The notes: generated by a model from the sequence alone, not told the origin. DNA of 64,000 nt from Terriglobia bacterium (GCA_963695545.1 OY968796.1:1728001-1792000); one strand, 5' to 3'; positions 18,994 through 29,506 are shown, counted from the first letter of the stretch. Numbers and translations are program-made.

Positions 18994-19755
18994 CTAAGGC
19001 GCGAGAGTTTTTGTGAAAAAAGCGAGCGTGCGATTCCAGGCGTCCGCGGCGTCGTCGGGACGGTAATGATCGGCGTCGGCGGGATCGTCGAATCCGTCGC
19101 TTGCGCCGGGATACGCTTTCAGATCCGATGATTCGCCGGCGGCCTGCATAGCGCTTTGAAACGCGCCCAGCGCCGCCGCAGGAATTCCGCGGTCGTCCGC
19201 ACCGAAATTGCCTAATACCGGCGCACGAATGCGCGCGATGTCGGATCGGTCGGTGGGCAACGCGCTGTCGTTCACGACGCACGCGGCGAGATTTGATTCG
19301 TGAATCGCGAGTTGCAGCGTGTACCAGCCGCCCATATTCCAACCGATCGCGCCGATTCTTGTCTTGCGCACATCTGGCCGCGCGGCAAGATACGTGAATG
19401 CAGCTTCGAGATCGCGCAGCGCACGATCATCCGGCAGGCCGCGCATCAGTTCGTGCGCGTCTTCGGTATCGCGCGCGATTTGGCCGCGATAGAGGTCCAC
19501 GGCGAGCACGAGGTAGCCGCGCGCGGCGAGCTTGCGCGCTTGATCCTTCGTCCAATCGTTCAGTCCGTGATCTCCGTGAACGACGATGATCGCCGGGCGG
19601 CGGCCGAGTTTGGCTGGCAACGCAAGAAAGCCGCGAACAGTCTCCTGGCCGCTTGGGTAGGAGACGATTTGCGTACGTACGGTCGCCGCAGGCACAGGTG
19701 CGGCCACGAGCGCGAGGGAAATTCCAAACGCCACGATTCTGGCGAGTGCGCCCAT
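18994..19755 (-). CDS. Dienelactone-hydrolase-fold protein with substituted catalytic residues
   Basis: Paralog of upstream gene; GWNMGG instead of GWCMGG, ASDGF instead of AGHAF; signal peptide. Confidence 0.8.
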   Translation of the reverse strand: MGALARIVAFGISLALVAAPVPAATVRTQIVSYPSGQETVRGFLALPAKLGRRPAIIVVHGDHGLNDWTKDQARKLAARGYLVLAVDLYRGQIARDTEDAHELMRGLPDDRALRDLEAAFTYLAARPDVRKTRIGAIGWNMGGWYTLQLAIHESNLAACVVNDSALPTDRSDIARIRAPVLGNFGADDRGIPAAALGAFQSAMQAAGESSDLKAYPGASDGFDDPADADHYRPDDAADAWNRTLAFFTKTLAP

Positions 19756-19771
19756 CGAAATTTTGGCGTCG

Positions 19772-20548
19772 CTACGGCTTGAGCTTCGCGGCAAAAAAGG
19801 CATCGATGCGATTCCAGGCGTCGGCCGCGGCTTCCGGGCGATATCCCGCTGTGTTATTTGGATTCTCGAAGGCGTGGCCCGCGCCGTCGTATTCTTTCGG
19901 ATCGAACGATACGTGCGCCGCCTGGGCCGCTTGCTGGAATTCCTGAACGGCGGCCGGCGTAATTCCCATATCTTCGGCTCCAAAATTGCCGAGGATCGGC
20001 GCGTGAATGGCGGCGATGTCGGCGGGATCGGTCGGCGGGGCGCCGTAATTCACAACGCAAGCCGCGAGCGTGGGCTCGTGGATCGCCACTTGAAACGAAT
20101 ACGTGCCGCCCATGCACCAGCCGACTGAGCCGATCCGGGCCGGGTCCACGTCAGGGCGCGCGGCGAGATAAGAGAACGCGGCCTCGAGATCGCGCACGGC
20201 GCGGTCTTTCGGCAAAGCGCGCATCAATTCTTGCGCGTCGCCGGGCGTGGTGGCGACGCCGCCGCGATAAAGATCGACGGCCAGCGCGACGTAGCCTTGG
20301 TTGGCGAATTTTTGCGCGTTCTGCTTGATCCAATCGTTCAATCCCCAATATTCGTGAATCACGATGATGGCCGGATGGCGGCCTCCGGAAGCGGGCAGCG
20401 CAAGAAAAGCTTTCACGGTCTCGTCGCCGCTTTGATACTGGACGATTTGAGATGTCGGCACCGGCGCTGCCAGCAGCACGCCAATGCTTGCGAGAACTAC
20501 CAGCGCTATAAGCGCGCGCGACCTCGGCGATTGCATGATGTGCATCAT
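19772..20548 (-). CDS. Secreted dienelactone hydrolase family protein
   Basis: HEYWG, GWCMGG, GAED, GAGHAF triad motifs; signal peptide. Confidence 0.9.
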   Translation of the reverse strand: MMHIMQSPRSRALIALVVLASIGVLLAAPVPTSQIVQYQSGDETVKAFLALPASGGRHPAIIVIHEYWGLNDWIKQNAQKFANQGYVALAVDLYRGGVATTPGDAQELMRALPKDRAVRDLEAAFSYLAARPDVDPARIGSVGWCMGGTYSFQVAIHEPTLAACVVNYGAPPTDPADIAAIHAPILGNFGAEDMGITPAAVQEFQQAAQAAHVSFDPKEYDGAGHAFENPNNTAGYRPEAAADAWNRIDAFFAAKLKP

Positions 20549-20630
20549 GATCGTTTCTCCTGTGCGGGAATCCGGGCCGGGCGTTCCGGTTCTGGCACGG
20601 TCGGAATTCTATCTCGACGGAGGCGCGCTG

Positions 20631-21908
20631 TCATTTGGTCGTCGCCGTTGCCGCACCAGGGCGCGCGACGATGTTGTAAATCCAGAGCAGCAGCGTGGTA
20701 GCCAGGCCAATGGCCGCGAAAACCCACCACACGCGTTGCGGCTGGTGCGCGACCTCACCGAAATAATGCACCAGGCGTCCGCCCATGGCTCCAGCGATCA
20801 CGAAGCCGATGGCGATGGGCAAGAACGCAAAGCCCATATACGTGCCTTGCTGACCGGGCGGCGCGAGGCGCGAGATATATTCGTAGAAGCGCGCGGCCTG
20901 AATGGTCTCGCCGATGGCGACAACAATTAGAGTTGCCACGGCCGCGGCCACACTCGCGTGCGATGCGAGGATCAACCACGCCGCTCCTGAGATGAGCACG
21001 CCCAGCGCCATCGCCGGAAACGCCGGAATCCAGCGCGTCAAATACGTCATCGGCACTTGCAAGCAAATCACGGTCAGCGCGTCGGTGGCCAGAATGCGCT
21101 CGACGTTGGCGTGGGCATTGACGTAGGAATGTAAATAGAGAGGAAGCGCGATGTACTGCTGCCAGAACGCAATCCAGAACCCGGAAAAGATCAGCAGGAA
21201 CGCGAGAATCCTAAAATTGCTGATGATGCTCCAGAAATTCCGGAAGACCGCGCCAAGATTCGCCGTGCGACTCTCACTCGCGGCCTCAGGATCCTTGAAA
21301 AAAAAGACCACCAGAAAAACCATCAGAAAAACAGCCAGTGCCGCGAAGCGGAAGACTGACGGAATGCCCCAGTGTTCATGGACCACCGACGCGACAAGCG
21401 GCCCTAGCGCGCCGCCGATGTTCACGAGTGTGTAGTAAATCGAATAGCCGATCGAGCGAACATTTTCTTTCGACGCGCGCGCCGTCGTGCCGACTACGGA
21501 TGGCTTCACGATTGCCGGACCCAGCGCCGGGACCAGTAGAACGAGCAGCACCAGCCGTTCGAGTGGCATGGCGTGGGCCACGGGGGCCATCCACGGCGAT
21601 CCGAGCGAGCCGAGGAGAAAATAGCCGATGGAGAGGACCAGATACGCGAGCGAGAGCGCGCGGCGGAAACCGATAGCATCAGCGAGCGCGCCGCCGAGGA
21701 TTGGCAGGAACCACACGATCCCGCCGAAATATCCGATCAGGTCGCCGGTTTGCGCGTCGCTGAAGCGCAGCGTTTCGTGCAAATAAATCGCGAGAACCGC
21801 CTGCACGCCGTAGTAGGCCAGGCGTTCGAATAATTCGGAGACGTTTGCGACCCAAAAGGCCGGCGCGAATCCTTCGCGAATTTCACGAATGCGTTGACTG
21901 GCGCTCAC
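20631..21908 (-). CDS. MFS/POT-family peptide transporter
   Basis: ELFERLAYYG (ExxER motif), YSIYYTLVNIGG, about 12 TM; GTG start after GGGAG. Confidence 0.85.
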   Translation of the reverse strand: MSASQRIREIREGFAPAFWVANVSELFERLAYYGVQAVLAIYLHETLRFSDAQTGDLIGYFGGIVWFLPILGGALADAIGFRRALSLAYLVLSIGYFLLGSLGSPWMAPVAHAMPLERLVLLVLLVPALGPAIVKPSVVGTTARASKENVRSIGYSIYYTLVNIGGALGPLVASVVHEHWGIPSVFRFAALAVFLMVFLVVFFFKDPEAASESRTANLGAVFRNFWSIISNFRILAFLLIFSGFWIAFWQQYIALPLYLHSYVNAHANVERILATDALTVICLQVPMTYLTRWIPAFPAMALGVLISGAAWLILASHASVAAAVATLIVVAIGETIQAARFYEYISRLAPPGQQGTYMGFAFLPIAIGFVIAGAMGGRLVHYFGEVAHQPQRVWWVFAAIGLATTLLLWIYNIVARPGAATATTK

Positions 21909-22108
21909 GCCGCTCTCCCTTGCCGAAAATGCGCGCTTGCCGTGCGCGGCACGGCCGCGATTGTAGCGCGCCGGCATCGCGCGCGGCGAGCGCCGTGGCT
22001 TGCGGAGATCGCTCATCCATCGCGGCGGCGTGGTCGAACGCGCACGATCCGCCGTTGCACCCTGCGCATCTCGCCTATAGAATTCGGCGCATCACTGGAG
22101 GAATCGCC

Positions 22109-23143
22109 GTGACTGAGTCCGCTCGAGCAAAAATTCCAGCAGTGCCGCCACATGTCCAGTTGATCCAGATGGCCAGCGCGCATTGGGTTCCGCGCCTTCT
22201 GAATGTGGCTGCGCAATTGAATCTGGCGGATCACCTGGCTCGCGGGCCCAGGACTGCCGACGACCTCGCTCAATCAACCGCAACACATGCACCGTCGCTT
22301 TACCGCCTAATGAGGACGCTCGCGAGTATCGGAGTATTTACGGAGGATGCGGCGCACCGCTTTTCACTGACGCCGCTGGGCGAGGCGCTCAAGAGCGACG
22401 CACCGGGCTCGGCGCGAGCGACGATCCTGACATTGGCGGGCGGCCACCAGATGCGCGCCGCGGACGAACTGCTCTATTCAGTGCAGACCGGGAAAACCGG
22501 ATTCGAGAAAGCATTTGGCATGCCCATATTTGACTGGTTTGCGAAAAACCAGGATCAAGCATCGCTTTTCAGCGAGACCATGGTAGGCGTTCACGGACAA
22601 GAACCCGCTGCCGTCGCCGCGGCTTACGACTTTTCTGAATTTGCGACGGTCATCGACGTGGGCGGCGCGACCGGCAATCTTCTCTGCGCGATTCTCGGGC
22701 AGCATCGCGCGCCTCGCGGCGTGCTCTTCGATATGCCGCATGTGGTTCGCGATGCGCCGGCGCTGATTGAATCTCGCGGAGTGGCCGACCGCGTTGCGAT
22801 CGAAACCGGAAGTTTCTTCCAGCACGTCCCCGGCGGCGGCGACGCGTATCTGCTTTCGCACATCATCCACGATTGGAGCGAGGAACAGTGCCTGACCATC
22901 CTCGGCAATTGTCGCCGCGCGATGAAACCCACCAGCCGATTGCTGATCGTCGAGACAGTGATTCCCGCCGGTGACGCGCCGCACGCCAGCAAAATGTTCG
23001 ACATCGTCATGCTTGTCGTGCCGGGCGGACAGGAACGCTCTGAGGCAGAGTATCGCGATTTGCTGGGCAAAGCGGGGTTCCGGCTGAATCGTGTGGTGCC
23101 GACCGAATCGGTGGTGAGCGTCGTCGAGGCTTTCCCCGCTTGA
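22109..23143 (+). CDS. SAM-dependent O-methyltransferase (dimerisation plus Methyltransf_2)
   Basis: DVGGATG, GSFF, IIHDW, GGQERS; GGAGG RBS. Confidence 0.9.
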   Translation: MTESARAKIPAVPPHVQLIQMASAHWVPRLLNVAAQLNLADHLARGPRTADDLAQSTATHAPSLYRLMRTLASIGVFTEDAAHRFSLTPLGEALKSDAPGSARATILTLAGGHQMRAADELLYSVQTGKTGFEKAFGMPIFDWFAKNQDQASLFSETMVGVHGQEPAAVAAAYDFSEFATVIDVGGATGNLLCAILGQHRAPRGVLFDMPHVVRDAPALIESRGVADRVAIETGSFFQHVPGGGDAYLLSHIIHDWSEEQCLTILGNCRRAMKPTSRLLIVETVIPAGDAPHASKMFDIVMLVVPGGQERSEAEYRDLLGKAGFRLNRVVPTESVVSVVEAFPA

Positions 23144-23276
23144 TGTGAATTGAACAATTCCTGATCAACGCGCTCACCGGAAGCTGACTCACTCATTGGC
23201 GCGCACTTCGCGCATTCTCCGTGTGCTACGATTTTGTAGGCGCTCGCCGGCAGCGTGCGCAGCGGGAGGCATTTCG

Positions 23277-24482
23277 ATGAGTGCCGAAAATCGACCTCAG
23301 CTTTCCTTTTTGCGCGAACAGCTCGCGGAGATCGAAGCGAAGGGCTTGCATTCGCGGCAGCGCGTACTCGATGGCGAGCAACTGCCGCTCGCCGATTTCG
23401 ACGGCAAGGAAGTGATCAACCTCAGCTCGAACAATTATCTGGGTCTCGCGACGCACAAGGCGCTGCGGCGCGCGGCGATTGACGCGATCCGGCGCTGGGG
23501 CGTCGGCGCGGGAGCGGTGCGGCCGATCGCGGGCACGATGCGGCTGCACGTGGAGCTGGAAGAGCAGATCGCGCGCTTCAAGGGTACGGCAGCATGCGTT
23601 GTTTTCCAATCGGGCTTCACGGCCAACGCGGGGACGGTGGCCGCGCTTCTTGGCAAGGACGATCTGATCATTTCCGACGAGCTGAACCACGCTTCGATCA
23701 TCGATGGTTGCCGGCTCTCGAAAGCCGCGATTCAGGTTTACAAACACACTGATGTTGCCGACTGCGAGCGCGTCTGCCGCGAAACGTCCGCGCGCGCCGG
23801 GCGAAAATTGCTGATCACCGACGGCGTGTTCTCGATGGATGGAGACGTCGCGCCGCTGCCCGCGCTGTGCGATCTGGCGGAAAAATACAATTGCATCATG
23901 ATGGTGGACGACGCGCATGCTTCCGGCGTGTTCGGCCGCAATGGACGCGGGACGGTGGATCACTTCGGGTGCCACGGCCGCGTGGATATCGAGGTCGGCA
24001 CGCTCAGCAAGGCAGTCGGCGCGATGGGCGGCTACGTGTGCGGATCGGCCGACCTGATCGATTTTCTTCGCCAGCGCGCGCGGCCGTTTTTATTTTCGAC
24101 CGGGCATCCGCCGTCGGTCGTGGCCACGTGCCAGGCGGCGTTCACGCTGCTGGATTCAGCGGAAGGCGAGCGTCTGATTCGGAAATTGTGGTCGAATACG
24201 AAATTTTTTCAGCGGCGCTTGCGCAAGCTGGGTTTCTCGACGGGCAAAACGCAATCGCCAATCACGCCGATTCACGTGGGCGAGGCGGCCAAGGCGCAGG
24301 AATTTTCGCGGAAGCTTTACGATGCCGGTGTTTTCATTTCCGCGGTCGGGTATCCGACTGTTCCCGAAGGCAAGGCGCGCCTGCGAGCCATAGTGACGGC
24401 CACGCACAAACGAGCCGATCTCGAGCGGGCGACGGAAATACTGGCGGAAGTTGGCCGGGGTCTCGGGATCGTCACGAACTGA
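23277..24482 (+). CDS. Glycine C-acetyltransferase / 8-amino-7-oxononanoate synthase (PLP class II)
   Basis: SSNNYLGL, LNHASIIDG, DGVFSMDG, VDDAH, GTLSKA. Confidence 0.9.
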   Translation: MSAENRPQLSFLREQLAEIEAKGLHSRQRVLDGEQLPLADFDGKEVINLSSNNYLGLATHKALRRAAIDAIRRWGVGAGAVRPIAGTMRLHVELEEQIARFKGTAACVVFQSGFTANAGTVAALLGKDDLIISDELNHASIIDGCRLSKAAIQVYKHTDVADCERVCRETSARAGRKLLITDGVFSMDGDVAPLPALCDLAEKYNCIMMVDDAHASGVFGRNGRGTVDHFGCHGRVDIEVGTLSKAVGAMGGYVCGSADLIDFLRQRARPFLFSTGHPPSVVATCQAAFTLLDSAEGERLIRKLWSNTKFFQRRLRKLGFSTGKTQSPITPIHVGEAAKAQEFSRKLYDAGVFISAVGYPTVPEGKARLRAIVTATHKRADLERATEILAEVGRGLGIVTN

Positions 24483-24571
24483 ATTCTGCGAGCAGTTTTT
24501 ACCAGGACGTCACTTTTTACCCCGCCCGGCTGCGGCCCAGTTCCACTCAAGGAAGCTCCTAAGGCATCCTA

Positions 24572-24606
24572 AATCAATAACTTAAGTTTTTGGAATGCCA
24601 ATTGCG
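24572..24606 (+). promoter_or_regulatory. IHF site plus sigma54 (-24/-12) promoter
   Basis: AATCAATAACTTA matches WATCAANNNNTTR; TGGAATGCCAATTGCG has GG-N10-GC spacing. Confidence 0.65.
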
Positions 24607-24711
24607 AATCGATACTAAGAAGTCCCGAGGAAGTACGCATTTCCGCAGTTTTGCCGATACGCGGGCATTCGCGCCGGAGGCATCTAAATCGAACAGGGAG
24701 GTTTTCATAGC

Positions 24712-25635
24712 ATGCGAAAAATTCATCTATTGCTGATGGCAGGAATATTTCTCGCCGCGAATGCGTCGGCCCAAGTGTCTGGCAGCGCACAGGCGGGCGC
24801 GCAGTCGGATACGAATTCTTCCACGAGCGTAGGCCGCTCGAGCGTGAACACTGCGACGAGCACGCAAGCGTCGGGCTCGGCTTCCGCGCAAGCCAGCGCC
24901 GGACAAAACAATCTCGAGAGCGGCACGACGTTTCATTCCCGGCTGACGAACTCGCTCGACGCGAAAAGATGCAAGCCGGGCGACAAAGTCGAAGCGCGCA
25001 CAACCGAAGACGTGAAGCAGGACGGCCGCGTTGTGCTGGCGAAGGGCACGCTGATTGAAGGTCACGTGACGCAAGTGCAGGCGCGATCGAAGCAAGATTC
25101 GCAATCAACGATGGGCATCGCCTTCGACCGCGCGGTCCTGCGTGACGGCGAGGCGATACCGCTTCGCGTCGGAATTCAAGCGCTGGCCGAAAGCGAGGCC
25201 GCTGCGCAATCGTCCGTAGGCGAAGATGCGGACATGATGTCCGCGCCGAATATGGGCGGCGGTGCAAGTGCCGCGGCGCACTCTGGTGGCGGATTGGTTG
25301 GAGGGGTAGGGCATGCAACGAGCGGCGCGGTGGGTGGCGCGGCAAGCATGGCGGGAAATGCTACGGGCGCCGTCGGCGGCGTTGCTGGAGATGCGGGTGG
25401 GACCGTCGGATCGACGGTGGGCGGCGCGACGCGCACAACTGCGGACGTGGGCGGCTTTGATGCGGCGGGTCGGCTGACGTCGGAAAGCCAAGGAGTCTTC
25501 GGCCTCCAGGGTCTGCAACTCGCCACTACGGTGGCGAGCAACACGGAAGGCTCGCTGATCGTTTCGTCAACTCGCAACGTTCGTTTGGAAAGCGGAACGC
25601 AGATTCTGCTGCGCGCCACGGGTCAAGCCGAATAG
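24712..25635 (+). CDS. Secreted Gly/Ala/Ser-rich protein with TrbI/VirB10-like beta domain
   Basis: Signal peptide; LESGT..SLDAK..KPGD..KGT.I.GHV pattern; GGA/VGG low-complexity insert. Confidence 0.7.
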   Translation: MRKIHLLLMAGIFLAANASAQVSGSAQAGAQSDTNSSTSVGRSSVNTATSTQASGSASAQASAGQNNLESGTTFHSRLTNSLDAKRCKPGDKVEARTTEDVKQDGRVVLAKGTLIEGHVTQVQARSKQDSQSTMGIAFDRAVLRDGEAIPLRVGIQALAESEAAAQSSVGEDADMMSAPNMGGGASAAAHSGGGLVGGVGHATSGAVGGAASMAGNATGAVGGVAGDAGGTVGSTVGGATRTTADVGGFDAAGRLTSESQGVFGLQGLQLATTVASNTEGSLIVSSTRNVRLESGTQILLRATGQAE

Positions 25636-25657
25636 CCTTTCCTGGCAATCTTCTATT

Positions 25658-25702
25658 GGCGGGCGGCGCCGATCGTCTCGCGGGCGCCGCCCGCCTGTAT
25701 TT
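25658..25702 (+). terminator. Probable terminator hairpin
   Basis: 13-bp stem GGCGGGCGGCGCC/GGCGCCGCCCGCC, weak T tail. Confidence 0.6.
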
Positions 25703-25817
25703 CCCGCTGTTTCTTATTCATCCCGTCCGTAGGTACAGGGAGAACTCTTTGCTCAACCTCGCCTCACTCGGAGATTTTGCGGGCGGTCCATTGTGCTAGT
25801 TTGATGGACAGGGCGAA

Positions 25818-27233
25818 ATGCGAAAATTACGAATTCATTGGTTGTTGATTCTCGGGCTCAGCGCCGCTCTCGTGGGTTGCAGCGGCCATTCGAGCGGCAT
25901 GTTCGGAACCGTGGGCCCGCCGTCCGGAGCGCCGGTCGCTTTGCTGATGACCGATTCGCCGCCCGCGGGCGTGACGCCGATGTCGTTTGAAGTGACGCTT
26001 GCGAGCGCGAAGCTCGAGCCGGGCGATGTTTCGTTGCTAACGGGTCCGGCGACGGCTGAAATCACCCGATTGCAGACTGAGACAATTTCGCTTTCGACGA
26101 CCTACGTCAATCCTGCGAGCTACACTTCGCTGGTTCTCACGTATCTAAATCCGACGCTGACGTTTGAAAACAATACGGGCGCCACGATCACTGCCGGGGG
26201 AATCGCTTGCACGGCGGGTTCGGTGTGCACCGTTTCGCCCGCGGCGACGAACCAGACCACCACGCTGGCGTTTCCGAGCGCGTTCGCCGCAAGCACGAGT
26301 TCGCCGCAGGCTGTGCTGGTCGATCTGAACCTGGCAAATCTTTTTTCGAGCGCGCTCGCGGCGGATTTCAGCGCAGGCTCGAGTGTCTCCGTGGTTGCGC
26401 CGTCGTCGCCGGGCCTGCCGGTGGACACGATCGAGGATTTCGTCGGCGAGATTCAGGCCGAGAGCACGGCGAATTCCACGATCACGCTCGGGAATTCGAT
26501 GAGCTCGGTGGTGGCTACGGTGAACTCAAGTACATTGTACCACGATTTCCCCACGACCGCGTGCGCGACTCCCTCGTTCGCGTGTCTCGCGGACAATCAA
26601 ATTCTCTCGGCCGATCTTTTCGTAGAGCCTAGCGGCACGCTGGTCGCGGAAAACCTTTGGTTCAAGGACGCCGATTCCAGCGACATCGAAGTCGAGGGCG
26701 TGATCACGTCGATCAATATTCCCGCGCAGGAGTTCAGCTACGTGGTGCTGATTGAATCGTCGCCCGTGCTGAATCTCAGCATCGGCAACGTCGCCACCGT
26801 GCATTGGAACGTGCCCGCGATCACAACCACGTTTGCGCCTGACGATATGGGAGTGGATACGACCGGTCAGCTTTTCGCGATACCTTCGGACCTGATGGTG
26901 GGCCAGGAAGTTTCCGTGCGCCGGAATTCGACCTCCGCCGGAACCTCCATCAATGCGGATCGTGTTCTACTGCGCGGCTCGCGCATCACGGCCACGGTCA
27001 CAGGTCCCATCGCATATCCGAACATGACCATCGGTGACTTGCCGTCGTTATTCGGCGCGGCGGGCACGTCGCAGATCGTCGTGACGGTTTCAACCACGGG
27101 CGGCACAGAGTACGCGGGGAACGCAAACGTGTTCACCACGATTCCTCTCAACGGCAGCGTTTCCGTGCGCGGCCAACTCTTTCCCAATGGCGGCACGCCG
27201 GCGTTGCTGGCTTCCAAGATCGTATTGAACTGA
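25818..27233 (+). CDS. Lipoprotein, DUF4382/DUF5666-like domains
   Basis: Lipobox LVGC; MTDSPP motif; repeated EG.I..I beta modules. Confidence 0.7.
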   Translation: MRKLRIHWLLILGLSAALVGCSGHSSGMFGTVGPPSGAPVALLMTDSPPAGVTPMSFEVTLASAKLEPGDVSLLTGPATAEITRLQTETISLSTTYVNPASYTSLVLTYLNPTLTFENNTGATITAGGIACTAGSVCTVSPAATNQTTTLAFPSAFAASTSSPQAVLVDLNLANLFSSALAADFSAGSSVSVVAPSSPGLPVDTIEDFVGEIQAESTANSTITLGNSMSSVVATVNSSTLYHDFPTTACATPSFACLADNQILSADLFVEPSGTLVAENLWFKDADSSDIEVEGVITSINIPAQEFSYVVLIESSPVLNLSIGNVATVHWNVPAITTTFAPDDMGVDTTGQLFAIPSDLMVGQEVSVRRNSTSAGTSINADRVLLRGSRITATVTGPIAYPNMTIGDLPSLFGAAGTSQIVVTVSTTGGTEYAGNANVFTTIPLNGSVSVRGQLFPNGGTPALLASKIVLN

Positions 27234-27265
27234 CGGCGCAGCAACGTGCCGCGCCTCGTCGGCCA

Positions 27266-28894
27266 TCAGGCCGCGGCGACGGCGGGAACCACCGGCCGGC
27301 GCGATTGATCGTGAATCGCGAGCAGGATCGCTCCGATACCCCACATCACGACCGCGAGGCCCACCAGTCCTCCTAGAAACGGCACCAGCCTGACCGCGTC
27401 GATGATCAACAGGCCCAGCGCGAAGCGGCCGAATTGTGAACCGTTGCCGGGAGTAGCGGCCGGCATGATCGTTTCGCCGAGCCACGCGGCGACGAAAATC
27501 TGCGCCGAATAAGCGATTGGGAAATAGAGCACCGCCGCCGCGAGCCCTGCGCCGACGCCAAGCACCGCAAGCACGATCCCAGCAACCACGAGAAAGATCC
27601 AGATGATGGTCGTCAACGCGCCGATGCCCAGCGACACGGGCCAGCGGCGAGCCGCGCGGACCCCGGCGTCAAAAAAGCCCGGCAAAATCGACATCAGCAA
27701 CAATCCAACCAACAGCGCCGCGCCATAGCGAAGAACCGCATGCAAGAATGTGAGCCCGGAAGCCTGGCGGTGCTCCCTGCGGCGTTGTTCAAAGTGCACA
27801 GGACTCAGCAAGTGCGCCCCGTCTGCGACGTCGGGCGGCTCCGCTCCCGCGAAATTGACCGGGCCATTGAGCACGGCCGTCGAGCCGATCGAGAGATGGT
27901 CGCCGAGCAGTTTCGTTTCGCCGCCGACGGAGCCTTCGATTTCGGTGTGCTTATCGACCACCGCGAGAATGCCGCGTCCCAAGTGGCCATCGAACAACGC
28001 ATCGCCCGCAGCGCACGTGAGGCTGCCGCCGATTTTCGAGTCCGTACCGAGATCCACGCTCTGCGCGACGATGCTGACATTTTTGCCGACCGAGCCATCC
28101 AGTGTGAGCGTGTTCATGGCGCCGCGAATGTTGTCGTCCACCGTGCCTTCCACGCGCAGATATTGAGCGAAGCCGATGATGTCGCCGGTCACATGGCCAT
28201 TTACCGTGACGCTCTGCGCGAAAACGATCAAATCGCCGTCCACCGTGCCGTCGATTTCCACGCGTTCTCCGCTGACGATCAAGTCGTCGTGAATCACCTG
28301 ATCCTTTTCGAGCGTGTAGTCCTGAGCCTTCCGGTGAATCTCGGTGGCTCCCGCCGGCGCCGGCATGCCGGCGATCAGCGCGATCACGCCGATCATCGCG
28401 GCCACGACGGCGCCGCGGCGCAATCGCAGCGGCACAAGAGAAAACGCGAAAACTCCCAGCGCTACGAGCGTTCCTGTCTGCACGGTATCGATCATTGAAT
28501 TCCACCCTTTCCAGAAGGCGCCGTTGAATACCAGCGCCGCGAGCACATTGGTTCCGCCAAAACCTGCCTGAGAGATGTTTTCCCACAACGGCGCGATCAA
28601 GCCCGCCCACAATGTATAAGCCGCCGCGGCGCCCAGGCCAAACGAGAGCGGCCACGCCCAGCGCGCCGGCGAAGGCCGATCGAACTCTGCGAGACGCGCC
28701 GGCAGCATTTCGTCGATCTCGGTGAACGCGCGCGTTAGCACCAGCGATTCCTGGCCGAGCGCGCGCAGCATCGCGCCGCAGGATTCGCAGGTGGCGGCGT
28801 GCGCGCGCAATTCTTGCGCGCGCGCCGCGTCGAGTTCGCCTTCGAGATACAGCAAACACGTCATCTCGTCGAAATGTTTGATTGGCTCGATCAT
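27266..28894 (-). CDS. Zinc anti-sigma factor fused to bactofilin-like beta-helix and membrane domain
   Basis: N-terminal HAATCESC (HxxxCxxC); repeats V.IDG.V.GD; C-terminal TM helices; coupled to ECF sigma. Confidence 0.8.
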   Translation of the reverse strand: MIEPIKHFDEMTCLLYLEGELDAARAQELRAHAATCESCGAMLRALGQESLVLTRAFTEIDEMLPARLAEFDRPSPARWAWPLSFGLGAAAAYTLWAGLIAPLWENISQAGFGGTNVLAALVFNGAFWKGWNSMIDTVQTGTLVALGVFAFSLVPLRLRRGAVVAAMIGVIALIAGMPAPAGATEIHRKAQDYTLEKDQVIHDDLIVSGERVEIDGTVDGDLIVFAQSVTVNGHVTGDIIGFAQYLRVEGTVDDNIRGAMNTLTLDGSVGKNVSIVAQSVDLGTDSKIGGSLTCAAGDALFDGHLGRGILAVVDKHTEIEGSVGGETKLLGDHLSIGSTAVLNGPVNFAGAEPPDVADGAHLLSPVHFEQRRREHRQASGLTFLHAVLRYGAALLVGLLLMSILPGFFDAGVRAARRWPVSLGIGALTTIIWIFLVVAGIVLAVLGVGAGLAAAVLYFPIAYSAQIFVAAWLGETIMPAATPGNGSQFGRFALGLLIIDAVRLVPFLGGLVGLAVVMWGIGAILLAIHDQSRRPVVPAVAAA

Positions 28895-29502
28895 GAGTTT
28901 CCTCGGGAAATTTCGCTGTGTGAAGCGCCTTGCATCGCTTCGCGCAATTGATGGCGCGCTCGCAGCAGCACCACGCCCACAAACGATCGCTGCACGCCGA
29001 GCGTATCGGCGATCTCGTGGTAATCCATTTCGGCGTAATAGCGCAGCACCAGCGCCATGCGCGCCCGCGCGGGCAACGTCTTGAGCGCCTTACGAACTTG
29101 CTCGCCGCTGCGCTCGGTGATCAACTGTTCGAACTGGCCCGGATCGGGATGCTCGAGCGGCATCACGTCGACGTCGCCGGTTTCGCGGTCCTGGCGCAAT
29201 TTGCGGCGGCGCAGTTGATCCCAACAATGATTCGCGGCCACGCGATACAGCCAAGCCGAAAACGACCGCTCCGCATCGTATTGTCCGAGTTTGTCGCGCA
29301 GCTTCAAGAAAATCTCCATGGTGGCATCTTCGGCGTCCTCGCGTGTGGGCAGGGCGCGCCGGCAAAAACGGAAAATCGCCGGCGCGTAGTGGCGATAAAC
29401 CTCGCCCCAGGCTTCGCTATCGCCGCGCCGCGCCCTCGCGATAATCTCGGTCGGCTCCGCCACTGCGGCCGGGGCGCCTGTGGGTCTAGTGGCTTCCACC
29501 AT
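28891..29502 (-). CDS. ECF sigma-70 factor (SigW/RpoE-like)
   Basis: DAEDATMEIF, FSAWLYRVAANHC, region 4 YHEIADTLG. Confidence 0.9.
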   Translation of the reverse strand: MVEATRPTGAPAAVAEPTEIIARARRGDSEAWGEVYRHYAPAIFRFCRRALPTREDAEDATMEIFLKLRDKLGQYDAERSFSAWLYRVAANHCWDQLRRRKLRQDRETGDVDVMPLEHPDPGQFEQLITERSGEQVRKALKTLPARARMALVLRYYAEMDYHEIADTLGVQRSFVGVVLLRARHQLREAMQGASHSEISRGNS

Positions 29503-29506
29503 CTTA

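Noticed and set aside
24712..25635. VirB10-like domain as evidence of a conjugation system
   Set aside because: No other T4SS, relaxase or coupling genes in the window.
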